Shown here: piece after piece, positions 13,085 to 26,249 of the stretch
Position numbering within the stretch: position 1 is the stretch's first letter
Layout: every line of letters starts with the position of its first letter
Source of the DNA: Chiloscyllium plagiosum
Taxonomy: Eukaryota
Length of the DNA stretch: 64,000 bases
Reading direction: 5' to 3'
NCBI RefSeq assembly: GCF_004010195.1
Contig: NC_057718.1
Span: 69,144,346-69,208,345 of the forward strand
Made by a program: the position numbers and the translations under genes
The notes under the pieces: generated by a model
Databases searched by the model: none
Seen by the model: only the letters and a program-made list of their open reading frames with translations
Told to the model about the DNA's origin: nothing

Positions 13085-13665
13085 AACTAGGTTTGGGTGG
13101 GATACTCTTTGGAGAGTTGGTGCAAACTTGATGGGATGAATGACACTGTGGGGATTTTTTTGATTCTATGAGGTCTCCTTATCTAAGGAAGGACGTTCTG
13201 ACTATGAAGAGAGTGCAATACCATTAGAATGATTCCTGGGAAGGCAGGACTGAAATATGAAGCAAGACTGGATCAGTTAGGATGATATTCACTGGAGTTT
13301 AGAAGAATGAGGGGGGATCTTATTGAAACCTATAAAATTTCTAAAAGAACTAAATGGGGTAAACATGGGAATAACATTCCCAATGACTGGGTTGTTCAGA
13401 AACAGGGGCCAATCTAAGGATACAAGATTGGTCATTTAGGACTAAGATGAGGAGAAATTTATTCACCAAGAAACTGATGAACCTGTGGAATTCTCCTCTA
13501 CAGAAAGCTGATAGGGCCAAAACAATGAATGTTTTCAAAAAGGACCTAGTTATAGTTCTTGGGGCTAAAGGGTTCACTAGGTAAGGTGAGAAAATGGGAA
13601 TGGTGTACTGAGGCAGAGTAGATATGAAGGACCAAATGGCCTACTCCAGCTCCTATTTTCTATAC
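13085..13665 (+). mobile_element. HE1/HER1 tail fragment followed by a CR1 3' fragment
   Basis: GGGTGGGATACTCTTTGGAGAG tail, then LEFRRMRGDLIETYKI-like coding sequence and a GGCCTACTCC...CCTAT 3' UTR. Confidence 0.8.
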
Positions 13666-13832
13666 GTTTCTAAGTGGGGTGAAAACATTGCCTTTAATGT
13701 GTTTTTATTCTTATCACCTGATACTATTAAGACAATTGACAAGAAATATCACCTTGTTAAGGAAAGGAAATAATATCTGATTTGGTAAAATTAAAAGTGT
13801 AATGGCTTTCCAAAAATAATGCTTCATGTCAG

Positions 13833-13923
13833 CTTTCAGTTTTACCTTTTTCATATATGGTTAACTCAGCAGCACAAACCGAACTAAAGACTACATCCGC
13901 ACTTATAAAAGGATTTACTGCAG
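13833..13923 (+). CDS. Candidate coding exon C (phase 0-1): LSVLPFSYMVNSAAQTELKTTSALIKGFTA
   Basis: Donor CAG|gtattt. The acceptor gcttcatgtcag is weak and was chosen for phase fit. CpGs retained. Confidence 0.35.
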
Positions 13924-14569
13924 GTATTTTGCATGGATTTACAACTATTTTCAATGTGCTCAATGTATAGTCATCACTAACACAAGTACTACTTCTAAAC
14001 CATTTAAACTTCTGCTTTCACTACTTTGTGAATCCAAATAACATTTCAATCAAATTGCTCCCATGCTGTTGTAGTACAAGCACAATAAAACAAATCAGCA
14101 ACAAACTTAATCATCACAGTTTTAAAACTTGTAACCATTACATTTTGTTAGAAATCAGTATTAACTTCATCTTCTGTTTCAAAATTCTTGTGTCCAATGC
14201 CATTTTGCAGACGTTGCCTTGTTGCTTTGGGCAGTTCATTATATAGGGATGAATGTTGTTTGTTGGGGGTGGGCATATCATTGACCCCGTCCCCACAGAA
14301 ATGTCAGTTGTGAACCAATCAGCTCGTAAAAGAAAGGCTGTCCCACAGGAAGGCCTTGTCAAGCTGAAGATCAGACATCTGCCTCTCAATGAAAGGGAGT
14401 CCTGTCTGTCAGATCTGTAAAACCACAGCTTTTATAGGCTCATTAGTGTGCATTACAGGGACTACAATAAATAAGCATCTTTGGTACTGGGCAAGGGAAG
14501 TCCACAGTCTTTCAGATGAAGAGGGACTGGGAATGTGTCAAAAGGGATTAGAGGTGAGTTTTAAAAAAA

Positions 14570-14897
14570 ATAGAATGACTACAGTTTGGAAACAGGCCAT
14601 TTGGCCCAACAAGTCCACACCGATCTTCCAAAGATTATCCCACCCAGACCAATTCCCCTTTCCTACTACTCCACATTTCCCCTGACTAATGCATCCAACC
14701 TATACATGCCTGAACACTGGCCAACTTAGCATGGCCAATTCACTTAACCAGCACATCTTTGGACTGTGGGAGGAAACCCACACAGACACGGGGAGAATGT
14801 GCAAATTCCATACAACCAGTCACCCAAGGCTGGAATCAAACCCAGATCCCTGGTGCTGTGGGGCAGCAGTGCTAACCACTAAGTCACTGTGCCACCC
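14570..14897 (-). mobile_element. HE1 SINE
   Basis: Canonical HE1 body. Confidence 0.9.
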
Positions 14898-15065
14898 TAC
14901 TACAATGCTGGCAGCAAGGAAAGTGTTGTGGAGATGTGCAGATGCAAACACTTCCATGAGGTTTAAAACCAAGTAAACAAAGGACAGGTTTCAGAAGAAG
15001 AAGTTAACTTCAAACATCATGTTAATGGTAAAAGATAATCAGAAGTTGTATAACCTGAAAAACAT

Positions 15066-15192
15066 GTACCTGTTAGGGGAATGGGTCTGGGCGGGTACGC
15101 TTCGGCGAATCAGTGTGGACTTGTTGGGCCAAAGTGCCTGTTTCCACTCTGTAAATAATCTAATCTAATCTAATCTAATCTAATCTAATCTA
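15066..15192 (+). mobile_element. 5'-truncated HE1 SINE with a (TAATC)n tail
   Basis: GGGGAATGGGTCTGGGCGGG...GTTTCCACTCTGTAA followed by about 7 TAATC. Confidence 0.88.
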
Positions 15193-15734
15193 AACAAGTG
15201 CTGCTCGATATTTCAGTCCATGAAAGACCCTTACCCAGCATGTACCAATTCACCAATTCTGTGCTATGGCAGTATCACACTGCAGTGCCAACATGTAAGT
15301 ATAAATTGGTTGATAATGAAAAATAAACTTTTCACACAGTGTATAGTTAGGGTAGGGAATGTACTGCCTGGAAATGTGGTGGAGGAAGGTTAAATTGAGG
15401 TATTGAGGGGGCATTAGGTAATTATTTGGATAGATACAGCATGTGGGGATATCAGGAAAAGGCATCCAGAAATCAAGCCAGTGCAAATTGCACTAAACCA
15501 ACTGATCTTTGCACACAGGCAAGGTTTATGTGTGTAAAAAACTGCTTCTGAGCACTTTGTTTTTACTCTGTATTTTCATTCAGAAAAGTTTTGTAGCTGA
15601 CTTTTGAGTAGCATTAATCTACCTTTTTTTCCAAATTAGGTCTGTAGGAACTTGTTTGTTTCAGGCACCAAGAAAAATAATGTTTACTGCTGGGTACAAG
15701 ATTGTAACTTCCAGCCTTCTTTATATTTGCAACA

Positions 15735-16015
15735 TTACAATTACAATATTCAAAAGATATTTTGATAAATACTTGAATAAGAAAGGATTGGAGGGATTTG
15801 GGCTAGGAGCAGACAGATGGGCCTTCATTAGTTTGGGATTATATTCGGCAGGTTGGACCAAAGGGTGAATAGGGTTGAGAAACATATCAACCATGATTGA
15901 ATGGCAGAGCAGACTCGATGGGCTGAATGGCCTAATTTCTGCTCGTATGTCTTATGGTCTTTTGGTCTTATGGTCTGTTTCTGTGCTGTACGATTCTATG
16001 ACTCTATGACTATGA
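15735..16015 (+). mobile_element. Composite CR1 3' ends (one 3' UTR inserted into another)
   Basis: ITIFKRYFDKYL followed by two different tails (CTTATGGT repeats and CTATGA repeats). Confidence 0.7.
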
Positions 16016-16369
16016 CTTCACTGTTAGAAGTTCCTCCTAGCTTGAAAGTAGTTACATTTTATTTAGAAATGGGCTGAGTGACCTCCTTCCACACTGTAAC
16101 AATTTGGTGATTTCTGTGATGTTGGCTTCCCGAAATCTTTTACTTGGTTGATATCAATTGTCCGATCATAAGACCTCAAGTATGCACAGATCTCATTGAA
16201 GCCACAATTTATGATATTCAATCATACCCACTGAGGTGGAACAGCCCCTGCAGGATACTACTGAATCAGTCAAAGACTTTCTCAAGTTTGATCTGTTACA
16301 CTTTGACCAGAGATAGTGTGAACTGTTGCATTTAGCAACTATTGAAGATAAGCAACAATAGGAGTTTCC

Positions 16370-19300
16370 ATGTATATCTCCCATAAACTTTTCCCCTCTC
16401 ACTTTGAACTTGTGACCCCTAGTAATTGAGTCCTCCACCCTGGGAAAATGTTTCTTGTTATCCACCCTGTCAACACCTCTCATGATTTTGTAGGCCTCAA
16501 TCAGGATCCCCCCCACCGCAACCCAACCTCCTTCTTTCCAATGAAAATAATCCTAATCTACTCTACCTCTCCTCACAGCTAGCACTTTCCATACCAGGCA
16601 ACATCCTAGTGAACCGCCTCTGCACCCTCTCCAAAGCAGCCATATCCTTTTGGTAATGTGGCAGCCAGAACTGTATGCAATATTCCAAATGTGGCTGGAC
16701 CAAAGTCTTATAGAACTGTAACATGACTTGCCAACTCTTCTACTCAATACCCCGTCCGATGAAGGACAGCATGCCGTATACCTTCTTGACCACTGTGACC
16801 TGTGATGCCACCTTCAGGGAGCAATGGACCTGAACACCCAGATATCTCTATACATCAATTTTCCCCAGGGTTTTTCCATTTACCATATAGTCACTCTGGA
16901 TTTGCATCTTCCAAAATGCATCACTCACCTTTGTCCAGATTGAAGTCCATCTGCCATTTCTCTGCCCAACTCTCCAATCTATCTATATTCTGCTGTATTC
17001 TCTGATAGTCCCCTTCACTCTCTGTTACTATACCAATCTTAGTGTCAGCTGCAAACTTGTAATGAAGCAACCTACACCTTCCTCCAAATCATTTATGTAT
17101 ATCACAAACAACAGTGGTCCCAGCATGGTCCCTATGGGATACCAGTGGTCACAGGTCTCCATTTTGAGAAGCTCCCTTCCATTACTACTCTGTCTCTTGT
17201 TGCCCAACCAGTTCTCTATCCATCTGGCTAGAACACCCATGCGACTTCACCTTCTGCATCTACCCTGGGGAACTTAATCAAATGCCTTACTAAAGTCCAT
17301 GTATATGACATATACATCCCTTCCCTCATCAATCAACTTTGTCACCTTTCAAAGAATTCTATTAGTTTTGTAAGACATGACCTTCCCTGCACAAAACCAT
17401 GCTGTCAATCACTGATAAGCCCATTTTCTTCTAAATGGGTATATATCCTATCCTTTAGTAGCTTCTCCAGTAGCTTCCCTACCACTGACGTCAGGCTCAC
17501 AGCTCTGTAATCCCTGGATTATCCCTGCTACCCTTCTTAAACAAGGGGACAACATTAGCAATTCTCCAATCCTCCAGGACCTCCCCCATTTTCAAGGATG
17601 CTGCAAAGATATCTGTTAAAGCCCCAACTATTTCTTCTCTCACTTCCCTCAGTAACCTGTTATAGACCCCATCCTTTACTTCCTCCCTCCTTATGCCGAC
17701 TTGACCAAGAGTAAGCAAAGACCTATCCCTAACCTCAACATCCGTCATGTCCCTCTCCTTGGTAAATACTGATGCAAAGTACTCATTAAGAATCTCACCC
17801 ATTTTCTATGACTTCACGCATATCTTTCCTCCCGTGTCCTTGAGTGGGCCAACCCTTTCCCTCGTTACCCTCTTCCTCCTTATATATGAATAAAAGGCTT
17901 TGGGGTTTTCCTTAAACCTGCTCGCTAAGGATATCTCATGACCCCTTTTAGCCATCTTAATTCCTCATTTAAGATTGATCCGACATTCCCAATATTCTTC
18001 CAAAGCTTCATCTGACTTCAGTCGCTTAGACCTTATGTATGCATCCTTTTTCCTCTTAGGTAGTCTCACAATTTCACTTGTCATCCATGGTTCCCTAATC
18101 TTGCCATTTCTATCACTCATTTTCACAGGAACATTTCTCTTCTGAACTCTAATCAATCTCTCTTTAAAAGCCTTACACATATCGAATGTGGATTTCCCTT
18201 CAAGCAGCTGCTCCTAATCTACATTCCCCAGCTCCTGCCAAATTTTGGAACAGTTGGCCTTCCCCCAATTTAACACTCTTCGTTTAGGACCACTCTCAAC
18301 TTTGCCCATTATTATCCTAAAACTTATGGAATTGTGATCACTATTCCCAAAGTAATCCCCCACTGAGACTTTAATTACCTGGCCGGGCTCATTTCCTAAC
18401 ACCAGGTCCAGTATGGCCCCTTGACGAGTTGGACCCTCCTGGATACTCATTACAAATTTTGCTCCATCCAATCCTCTAACACTAAGTGAATGCCAGTCAA
18501 TGTTGGGAAAATTAAAATCCCCTCTTTACCACTACTCTGCTACTCCTACATCTTTCTATGATCTCTCTACATATTTGTACCTCTATCTCACACTTGCTTT
18601 TGGGATGCCTGTAGTACAGCCCCAACATTGTTACCGCACCCTTCCTATTTCTGAACTCTTCCCATATTGCCTCACTGCTTGAGTCCTCCATATTGCCCTC
18701 CTTCGGCACTGCTGTGATATCTTCTTTGACCAGTAATGCAACTCCTCCACACCTTTTACCTCCCTCTCTATCACGCCTGAAGCATCGATATCCTGGGATA
18801 TTTAGTTGCCAATCATGCCCTTCCCTCAACCAAGTCTCAGTAATAGCAATAACATCATACTCCCAGGTACTATTCCAAGCCCTAAGTTCATCTGCCTTAC
18901 CTACTATACTTCTTCCATTAAAACAAATGCACCTCAGACCACCAGTCCCTCTGCGTTCATCTGCCACTTCCTGCCTATTCTTCCCCTAAGTCACACTAAC
19001 TTCATTACCTAAGTTAAAAATCACACAACATCAAGTTATAGTCCAACAGGTTTAATTGGAAGCACCCTAGCTTTTATCAGGAGTGGCGCTCCGAAAGCTA
19101 GTGTGCTTCCAATTAAACCTGTTGAACTATAACCTGGTGTTGTGTGATTTTTAACTTTGTATATCCCAGTCCAACACCGGCAACTCCAAATCATGTTCAT
19201 TATCTAATTCTTTACAGGCTTTAGTTACTAACTTCTTCCTGTCCACTAACCTCCTCATTTGGTTCCCATCCTCCTCCCCAACAGTGTTAGCAAAAGCACC

Positions 19301-19410
19301 CCCAAGGACATTGGTTTCAGTCCGGCCCAGGTGTAGATCAGCCAATTTGTAACAGTCCCACCTCCCCCAGTGCCGGTCTCAATGTCCCAAAAATCTGAAC
19401 ACTTCCCTGT
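16370..19410 (-). mobile_element. Long CR1 LINE: ORF1 esterase end, APE endonuclease and RT, all disrupted
   Basis: ORF 18512..18967 has NGRSIVGKADEL...DVIAITETWL...GGVALLVK. LDLVLGNEP..SDHN and LFVIYINDL follow. ORF 19151..19345 has DLHLGRTETNVLGG. Confidence 0.93.
19013..19195. mobile_element. Palindromic PLE-derived mini-element inserted in CR1, with about 12-bp TSD
   Basis: Inverted arms of about 64 bp (19011-19074 and 19093-19157). Flanks ttcattacctaa and ttcattatctaa. Partial hammerhead CTCCGAAAGCTAGTG. Confidence 0.8.
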
Positions 19411-19739
19411 CATCAGATCAAGTTGCGTTAGGATTACATTGAAGTTTGAATTGTTAATCTAGTAAACACTGGTTTTGCATGTTTGTATAATTACCAAATG
19501 GACCTTTTTAAATTCATTCATGAGGTGTGGGCTTCATTGGCTGGGTCAATATATGTTACTTAATTCTTAGTCCTTAATTGAGAAGGAGTAATGAACTTCT
19601 TTCTTGAACTACTATTGCATTGTAACTATGGACAAACATATTTATCAGTTTGGGAATTTTTTTAATCTTTGAGGAAAGGGAGATCTTGCATTAGATCATG
19701 CAGAATGTGAGTATAAGTGTCATGCTCATTATTCATCAC

Positions 19740-20101
19740 TGTAACGTAGCATGTAGCCTGAGGATGTAAAGATCTCAGACTCCATTTTAACTTGGACCAT
19801 TTGAAACATGATACACTGAGGAACGCATATTGTTCTTTCTAACTGAATAGTCTAATAATAGCCCAGGCACCAAAGTGCCAGTGAATCTATTGTTTGTATA
19901 AAATAGTGAGCTGTAATGAACATTCAGATGGATTTTTTGACATCAAGTTATCCACATCCATATACTTATGTTAAGGGACATGTTATGAGAAACAAAGCAC
20001 ACATCAATTCAGCTTCTTCCTGCCCTCTTTAATTTTTTTACATTCAAGGCCACTTTAGTTTCCATAATTTTTCTACAGTCATGTCTGTTTGGACAGTTAC
20101 A
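19740..20101 (+). mobile_element. Possible solo LTR
   Basis: Inverted termini TGTAAC...GTTACA and an internal TATAAAA. No exact TSD. Confidence 0.3.
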
Positions 20102-21899
20102 GAAACATTTCTGTCTGAAAATTTTCAGACTGTAGAAATGCAGATTTTAGCTCAATTGATCAACACTGTCACAACTATATGGACAATTGACCTAAAAGGA
20201 TTTTCAGGGTTAAACTTTCCATTGTGGGAGAGGTCACTTTAACATCTCAATCATCCAGTCATTCTTTAAAACCTCAAGCAACTAACCTTGCTTTAGCCTT
20301 CGAAATTCTCTCTGCAGACATTTTCTGCACGTACTTACTCTTTCATTGGTCCACGAATAGTTTTTAACATGTCAGCCTCATAACCACTATTAGAAAAGTG
20401 TACTTACTTGTTTGCTTTTTAAAACAGACTTTGAGACAAAAAAAAGGCTACTACTGGTCACAGGATACAATTTTACTACAGTTCTTGGAGTTCCAGAAAT
20501 CATAAAACCAAAGCATAGACGCTTCTGGGGGTCTCATACCTTTCATTGTCTAGCCATTGCAATCAACAAACACAAAAGAACAGAAGACAGGACATGTTCC
20601 CAGCAAGGACTACTAACAAAGAAAGCTATTGGAGCTCATTATACCTGTCAAAGGTACTGTCCACCATGTATCTTATATAATGAATAATGGTTTTCACCAG
20701 GTTCATAGAAACCTATATAACCTGATTCATTCAATAGCCATGTTACATGACCAAAACCTTTCCAGTCACTGAAGTGTTTGTTTATAATTTTTGAAACCCT
20801 TCTACCTTAGCCTAACCAGTTTATGACACAATAGCCAGACTCTAGAGTAACAGTAAATTTGCCCCAAGTCTAAAGTCTGCTTTTAACTTTGGAACAGAGA
20901 ATAGCAAATAGTTTGATTCCAAGCTAATCGCTAACTCTACTTCAAGTATGAATAAACCTCCTTTGAAAACTTGTTTCTCCAGGAAAAATCCTTGTGTTTG
21001 CCTGTAAAATAGACCAACATTATCCTAATGCATCATCATCAATTTCAAAGAAATTATATGATGTTTTCCCCTTAGGGCCATTGGATATTAACACCAATAA
21101 AAGCCAGTACGCCATATGCCTTCCTCACCGCACTATTTACCTGGGTGATAACTTTCTGGATTCTGACAAACTTTCTGGATTCTGACAAACACCTAAATTA
21201 ATATTCATTTCTGTTTTTTATGTCATTCTTCATAGTAAACTCTTAATTTTTTGTGCTTTGAATGCTTGCATGTGGACATGTGTTGCGACAAACACCCCCA
21301 AGGTCTGTATGCACGAATAAACCATACCTCTGATTTAAGTCTATAGAGAGTTTGTTGCCAGTTGTTGTAAAATTGGACTTCAAACAGAGGCCTCAGGGGA
21401 AACACATCACAGCATTTTTTAAATGAGAGGAAAATAAATACCTCCATTTACAGATTGGACTATATCCTCTGACCATCTGAAATACACTGTTTGCAAGAAA
21501 TGTCTAGGACAGTATGGTCAACTTGCCAAGATTTTACGCATTGATCACTGCATAATTCCTTTCACAGTGGCCATTGTTAAAAGCTGTCAATTGTGGTTTT
21601 CATGACCATAACGTTCATGTTTTCATACATTTCTCTTAACTCAACATTAGCAAATTTCTCTCCATTATCAGCCAAAATGTAGCTGGAACCCCAAATTCAT
21701 GCTGTACTCATTTCTCCATGCTTCTTCTATAACTATCTCCACAATAAGACTTGCCATACGATGCAGTGCTGTCCTTTAATATTTTTTACATATCTCACAT
21801 TTTGCATTCTTCTCTTAAAAGGGCCTTGCATACGTTTTATCAGCCTCATCTGCATCCTTTAGCAGGAATTTTAATCTTTGACAGGAAGGGTGAGTGAAT

Positions 21900-22050
21900 T
21901 GTCCTTGTCACTTTAATAATATCTACCTGCTTTTCTCTTTGATTTTTATCATCTGCTGCCCGGTCATTAAACTCGATACATTAACTCTGTCTTCTCTTCA
22001 CAGATGCTGCCAGACCTGCTTAGTTTCTCCAGTAATTTTGTGTTTTGGTG
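21900..22050 (+). mobile_element. PLE-type 3' terminal fragment
   Basis: CTCTTCACAGATGCTGCCAGACCTGCTTAGTTTCTCCAG, as at 55160-55219. Confidence 0.65.
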
Positions 22051-22864
22051 TGCCTCTTTCCCCATAGTTTTTGCAGACTGAGCTGACAGACAGATTATTA
22101 TCCATCCTCAATGTGTTTGCCATATTAGCTGCTGGGACATTAAGTAGGTATGAGTTTACATAGCACACTACCATTCAGTGAGATGTATACCTCCTTGACT
22201 GAGAAGAGCTGACCAGCAAGACAAGCTGCCTGGTTGTCTGACTATGCTAATCAGCAATTCAAAGCTGTGGAAGACATTGATGGTATTATCCTACAGTTAG
22301 GTCTAAGTGAGTGAACACAAAAAAAACAAGCAAGCAGCCCTGAGATACAGCCTAGTCCAAGCCATGAGCTGGTTATGTGTCCATGTACTTGAAATATCCT
22401 TGCTGCAGGCATTCAATGCCAGTTGCCTCTATGCCCTGCAACTGAAGTCTGTGTTCCCAGATCACCCTATACATGTATCGGAGAAATGCCGAGATAATCT
22501 TGAGGATTTGGCAATTGCTGGATGACAATGCTTCTGCACAAGGACTGCAAGCATCTGCTGCTCATGGATCATGCCCTGGGCTGCACTTTGATTTACCATA
22601 AAATGGAGGCCATTTGGAGCAAGGGATGAGCTCAGTTTTCCATGTCTTGACATCTAGCTTGTCTGGCAAATATGATAAGATAGAAAGCTGAATATTAATC
22701 AGAAAAGTTGGGCCATTAATTGGTAACTCCCCATTGCCTAGTGAAAAACTCACTGCATCACTTGTGAAAAGCATAGAAGATGGTGCTAATGTTCCCAATG
22801 TTGACATTCACCTCACTGGACTTGTTCTCCAACTCTGCCACAAATCTTGCCACAATCTGTATTG

Positions 22865-24255
22865 CTCAAATCCCGAGAAGATTCTGCCCTTTATGTCTGT
22901 TTTTGCAAAGGAAGATACAAGAAATCTCTCAGAATTAGAGATCCAAGAGTTGAGGGAGAATAAGGAGTTGGAGGAAATTTATATGAATTTGAAGGTTGTA
23001 TGGGAGAAATTAATGGGGTTGAAAGTTGATTAGTCCCAGGTATCTGCATCCTAAAGGCTTGAAGGTGGTGCTATCAAGATAGTTGATGCTGTAAAGATTC
23101 TTCCAGATTGGAAGCTTGCATTGGTAACTGTCCAACTCCTGCCTATTTAGAAAGGACCAAGGGAAAACCAGACTGGTTAGCCTTACATCAATGGTAGGAA
23201 AAATGCTAGAATCTGTCACAAACGGTGTGACAAATGGGTACTTGGATAAAAGAAATGATCTGATTGGGCACATCATTGTGGATTTGCAAAGGGAAAATTG
23301 TGTTTGCCAAACCTATTGGAATTTATTGAATATGTCATTAAAAAATTGATAAAAGGAAGTTGAATTTTATTTTTTGATTTTCAGAAAGCTTTTGATAAGG
23401 CTCCCCACCAGCCCAACCCTGCCAAGAGGTTGTTCAACAAATTTAAAGCATATAGTACAGGAGGTAATATTGGATTGAGGACAGGCTAAGAGACAGGAAA
23501 CAGAGAATTGGAATAAATGGGTCATTCTCACATTGGCAGACTGAGACAAATGGGATATTGTAAGGATCAGTACTTTGACCCAGTTACTCACAATAAGTAA
23601 CAATGTAATATTACAAAATTTGCAGATGATACAAAGCTAACTTGGAATGTCCATTGTGAGGAAGATGTAAAATGTTTTCAAAAGTATTAAAAAGGCATAG
23701 TGATTGGGCAAGATCTTGGCAGATAGAGTACAAAATATCAAAAATACGGGGTTATCCACTTTGGTTGGAAGAGCAGATGTATAGAGTATTTCTTAAATGG
23801 TGAGAAGTTAGAAAGTACAAAGGAATTTATATTTCCTTGTCAATAAGTCACTGAAGCTAATATGCAGGTACAGCAAGTTATTAGGTAGGTTGATGGAATG
23901 TTAGCCTTCATCAGAAAATAATACTTCACTGTGAGTATTTATTTAATTGTATAAGAGCACAGTTAGATTGCATTTAGAGTACAGCTTGCATCATTGGTTT
24001 CCTTACATCAGGAAAGATATTATTGCCATGCAGGGATAGAACAAAGGTTTACCAGACTTGTTCCTAGGATAGCAGGATTATCCTATGAACATAGATTGGG
24101 CAAACTGAGGTTAACAAATTTTGATTATCAATGACATAAAAGGTTAAGAGAAGAGTGTGGGAAAAAGTCATTGAAGAGTTCAATCAGCCATGATTGTACT
24201 AAATAATGGATCAGACTTGACAGGCCGAATGGCCTACTCTACTTCTGATTTCCTA
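22865..24255 (+). mobile_element. Degenerate CR1 LINE ORF2
   Basis: Motifs DFQKAFDK, KFADDTKL and a CR1 3' UTR. Confidence 0.85.
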
Positions 24256-26249
24256 AAATAATGGCCAGTCAATCATCAGATTGAGGTACATTCTGGGATG
24301 TTATATTTTTGATACTCAGGGCCAATATAGACTAAATGACACAATTCTAAAGAGTGTGCAGAGTCAGGGAGACTTGGAGATTCTAATAAGGAGCTAAATG
24401 GAACCCACATCACTTAACAACCATCCCATAGTGGGTTGTGGTTTGGATACAGTGCTGCCACCAATCCTCCTCCTTCTGCTAGTCCAATGGGATGTTCAAT
24501 AGTCTGTGGTGGGAGATTGACCATGAATAAGTCTCAACAGAAGATGATTTAATCTTTCATAATAAGAAGAAGTTTATTACATCACAGCATATGTATATAG
24601 GTTACATAAATTCTTGGGCGTACTAACCATTACTAGTAGGAGGCATACAATACAAATAGGTGTCCAACAGAGTACAGAGTGCAACAAATTCTCCAACCAG
24701 AGATGTATGACATCATCAGATTGGGTGGAGCTCAGCATAGATCAATCATTGACTCTTTCAGAAGTGTTATAAAGCATATAGATCTTTACGGTGGTAGGGC
24801 ATATTTAAAGGAGTAGAAAAAAGAAGCTTACGGGGCATTTAAGCTTCAAAATAGAGGCTTTAAATAAAAAAGTAAGGAAACTGTTTGTAAAGCTCTGGTG
24901 AGATGACAGCTAGAGATTGGCTAAAATTTAGCTGTTGTAATGGGTGGCGCCCATCAATTACAGAACTGATGGGAAACCCTGCAAAACCATATCATCTCAA
25001 TGAGAGGCTTGAAACAATTTGGTAATCAGGAAATACCTAGACAACATTGAGCCTTTATTCATTCAAATGTCATTGAAAGCAGAAATCTCACCCTTACGAG
25101 CAGTCAGCTATTAAGATGCTGGGAGTTCTTGACCTGCATTCATCATTAGGAACAATCAGTGGAGGAAAGGCAGGAGCTGAGGGGAATGAATTTCCAGCAA
25201 AGAAATGGAGGCGGTTTCAAGTGCAAGAACAGAGCTTTGGCATTCAACAGCAATTCTCTTCCTGATGCTGTGAGCCTGAATTGGGCACTGAATTCCCATG
25301 ATTGAGGGAACCCACTGGCAAAGTTGTGACAGGCCAATGGGTGGTTTTTTGAAGGCATGAGAGAACTTTGTCAGGCTTGCTTAATTTTTCAAATGCCATT
25401 AGATTCTAGTGGACTGTCAGTAATTGGATTTAAGTAACCCATTATTAGTCTGATTCCCATCTTCCTGCGAGTGGGAGTTTCTGAATTCATCCTCTTCCCC
25501 CTCTCATTTGACAAGGAACACTTCTCTCCCATGTGATTCTCCAGGCCCACATATCAGGTTTGCATCCTCTAGCAAGCTCCACTAAATTACTCTGACTGTT
25601 CATTTCTGGTTACTACACTTTCTGAAATGATAGGGTCCTTGAGAGAGTTCTAAGAAATTTACCAGAATGGTAAAGTGAAGGAGTGAAGGAGTTTAGCTGG
25701 AGGTAACGTGGAGAGGCTGGAGTCGATTTTGCTTGGAGCAAAAGAGATTAGGGTGAGATTTTACAGAACATTATAAAATCATTACAGTTAGATGAGAAAA
25801 GATCTTCCCATTAGCTGATGGTTTTTAGCTTGGAGACATATTTCAGGTTTTGGACAAGAGGTGCATTGGAGATGAGATAAAGAATTATTTTACGAAATAA
25901 GGTATAATGACCTTGAGCTGACCTTGTACTTTTGACTAAGTGGGCGTTACATTAAGTTTGTTGCAGGGATTCTTGCCACAAGGTTGAGTGATTCCTATCA
26001 ATTTCATCAACTGTGAGTGGGAACTGCAATTAAGATGATGAAATTGATAGGAACCACTCAGCCTTCTGGCAAGAAAACATCTGATTTTCACCCTCTTGCT
26101 ATGCACTGTTTCCAGAAGAACTCGCCGTTCAGCCAGTATCCGCCTGAAAATGAGAATCCCTTGCATTTGTACCATCTTTGAAAGTCAGCAATGCAACTGG
26201 AGGAGTGCTCACATCTACAAGCAGCCATGTCAGACTTGGAGAGTGTGAG

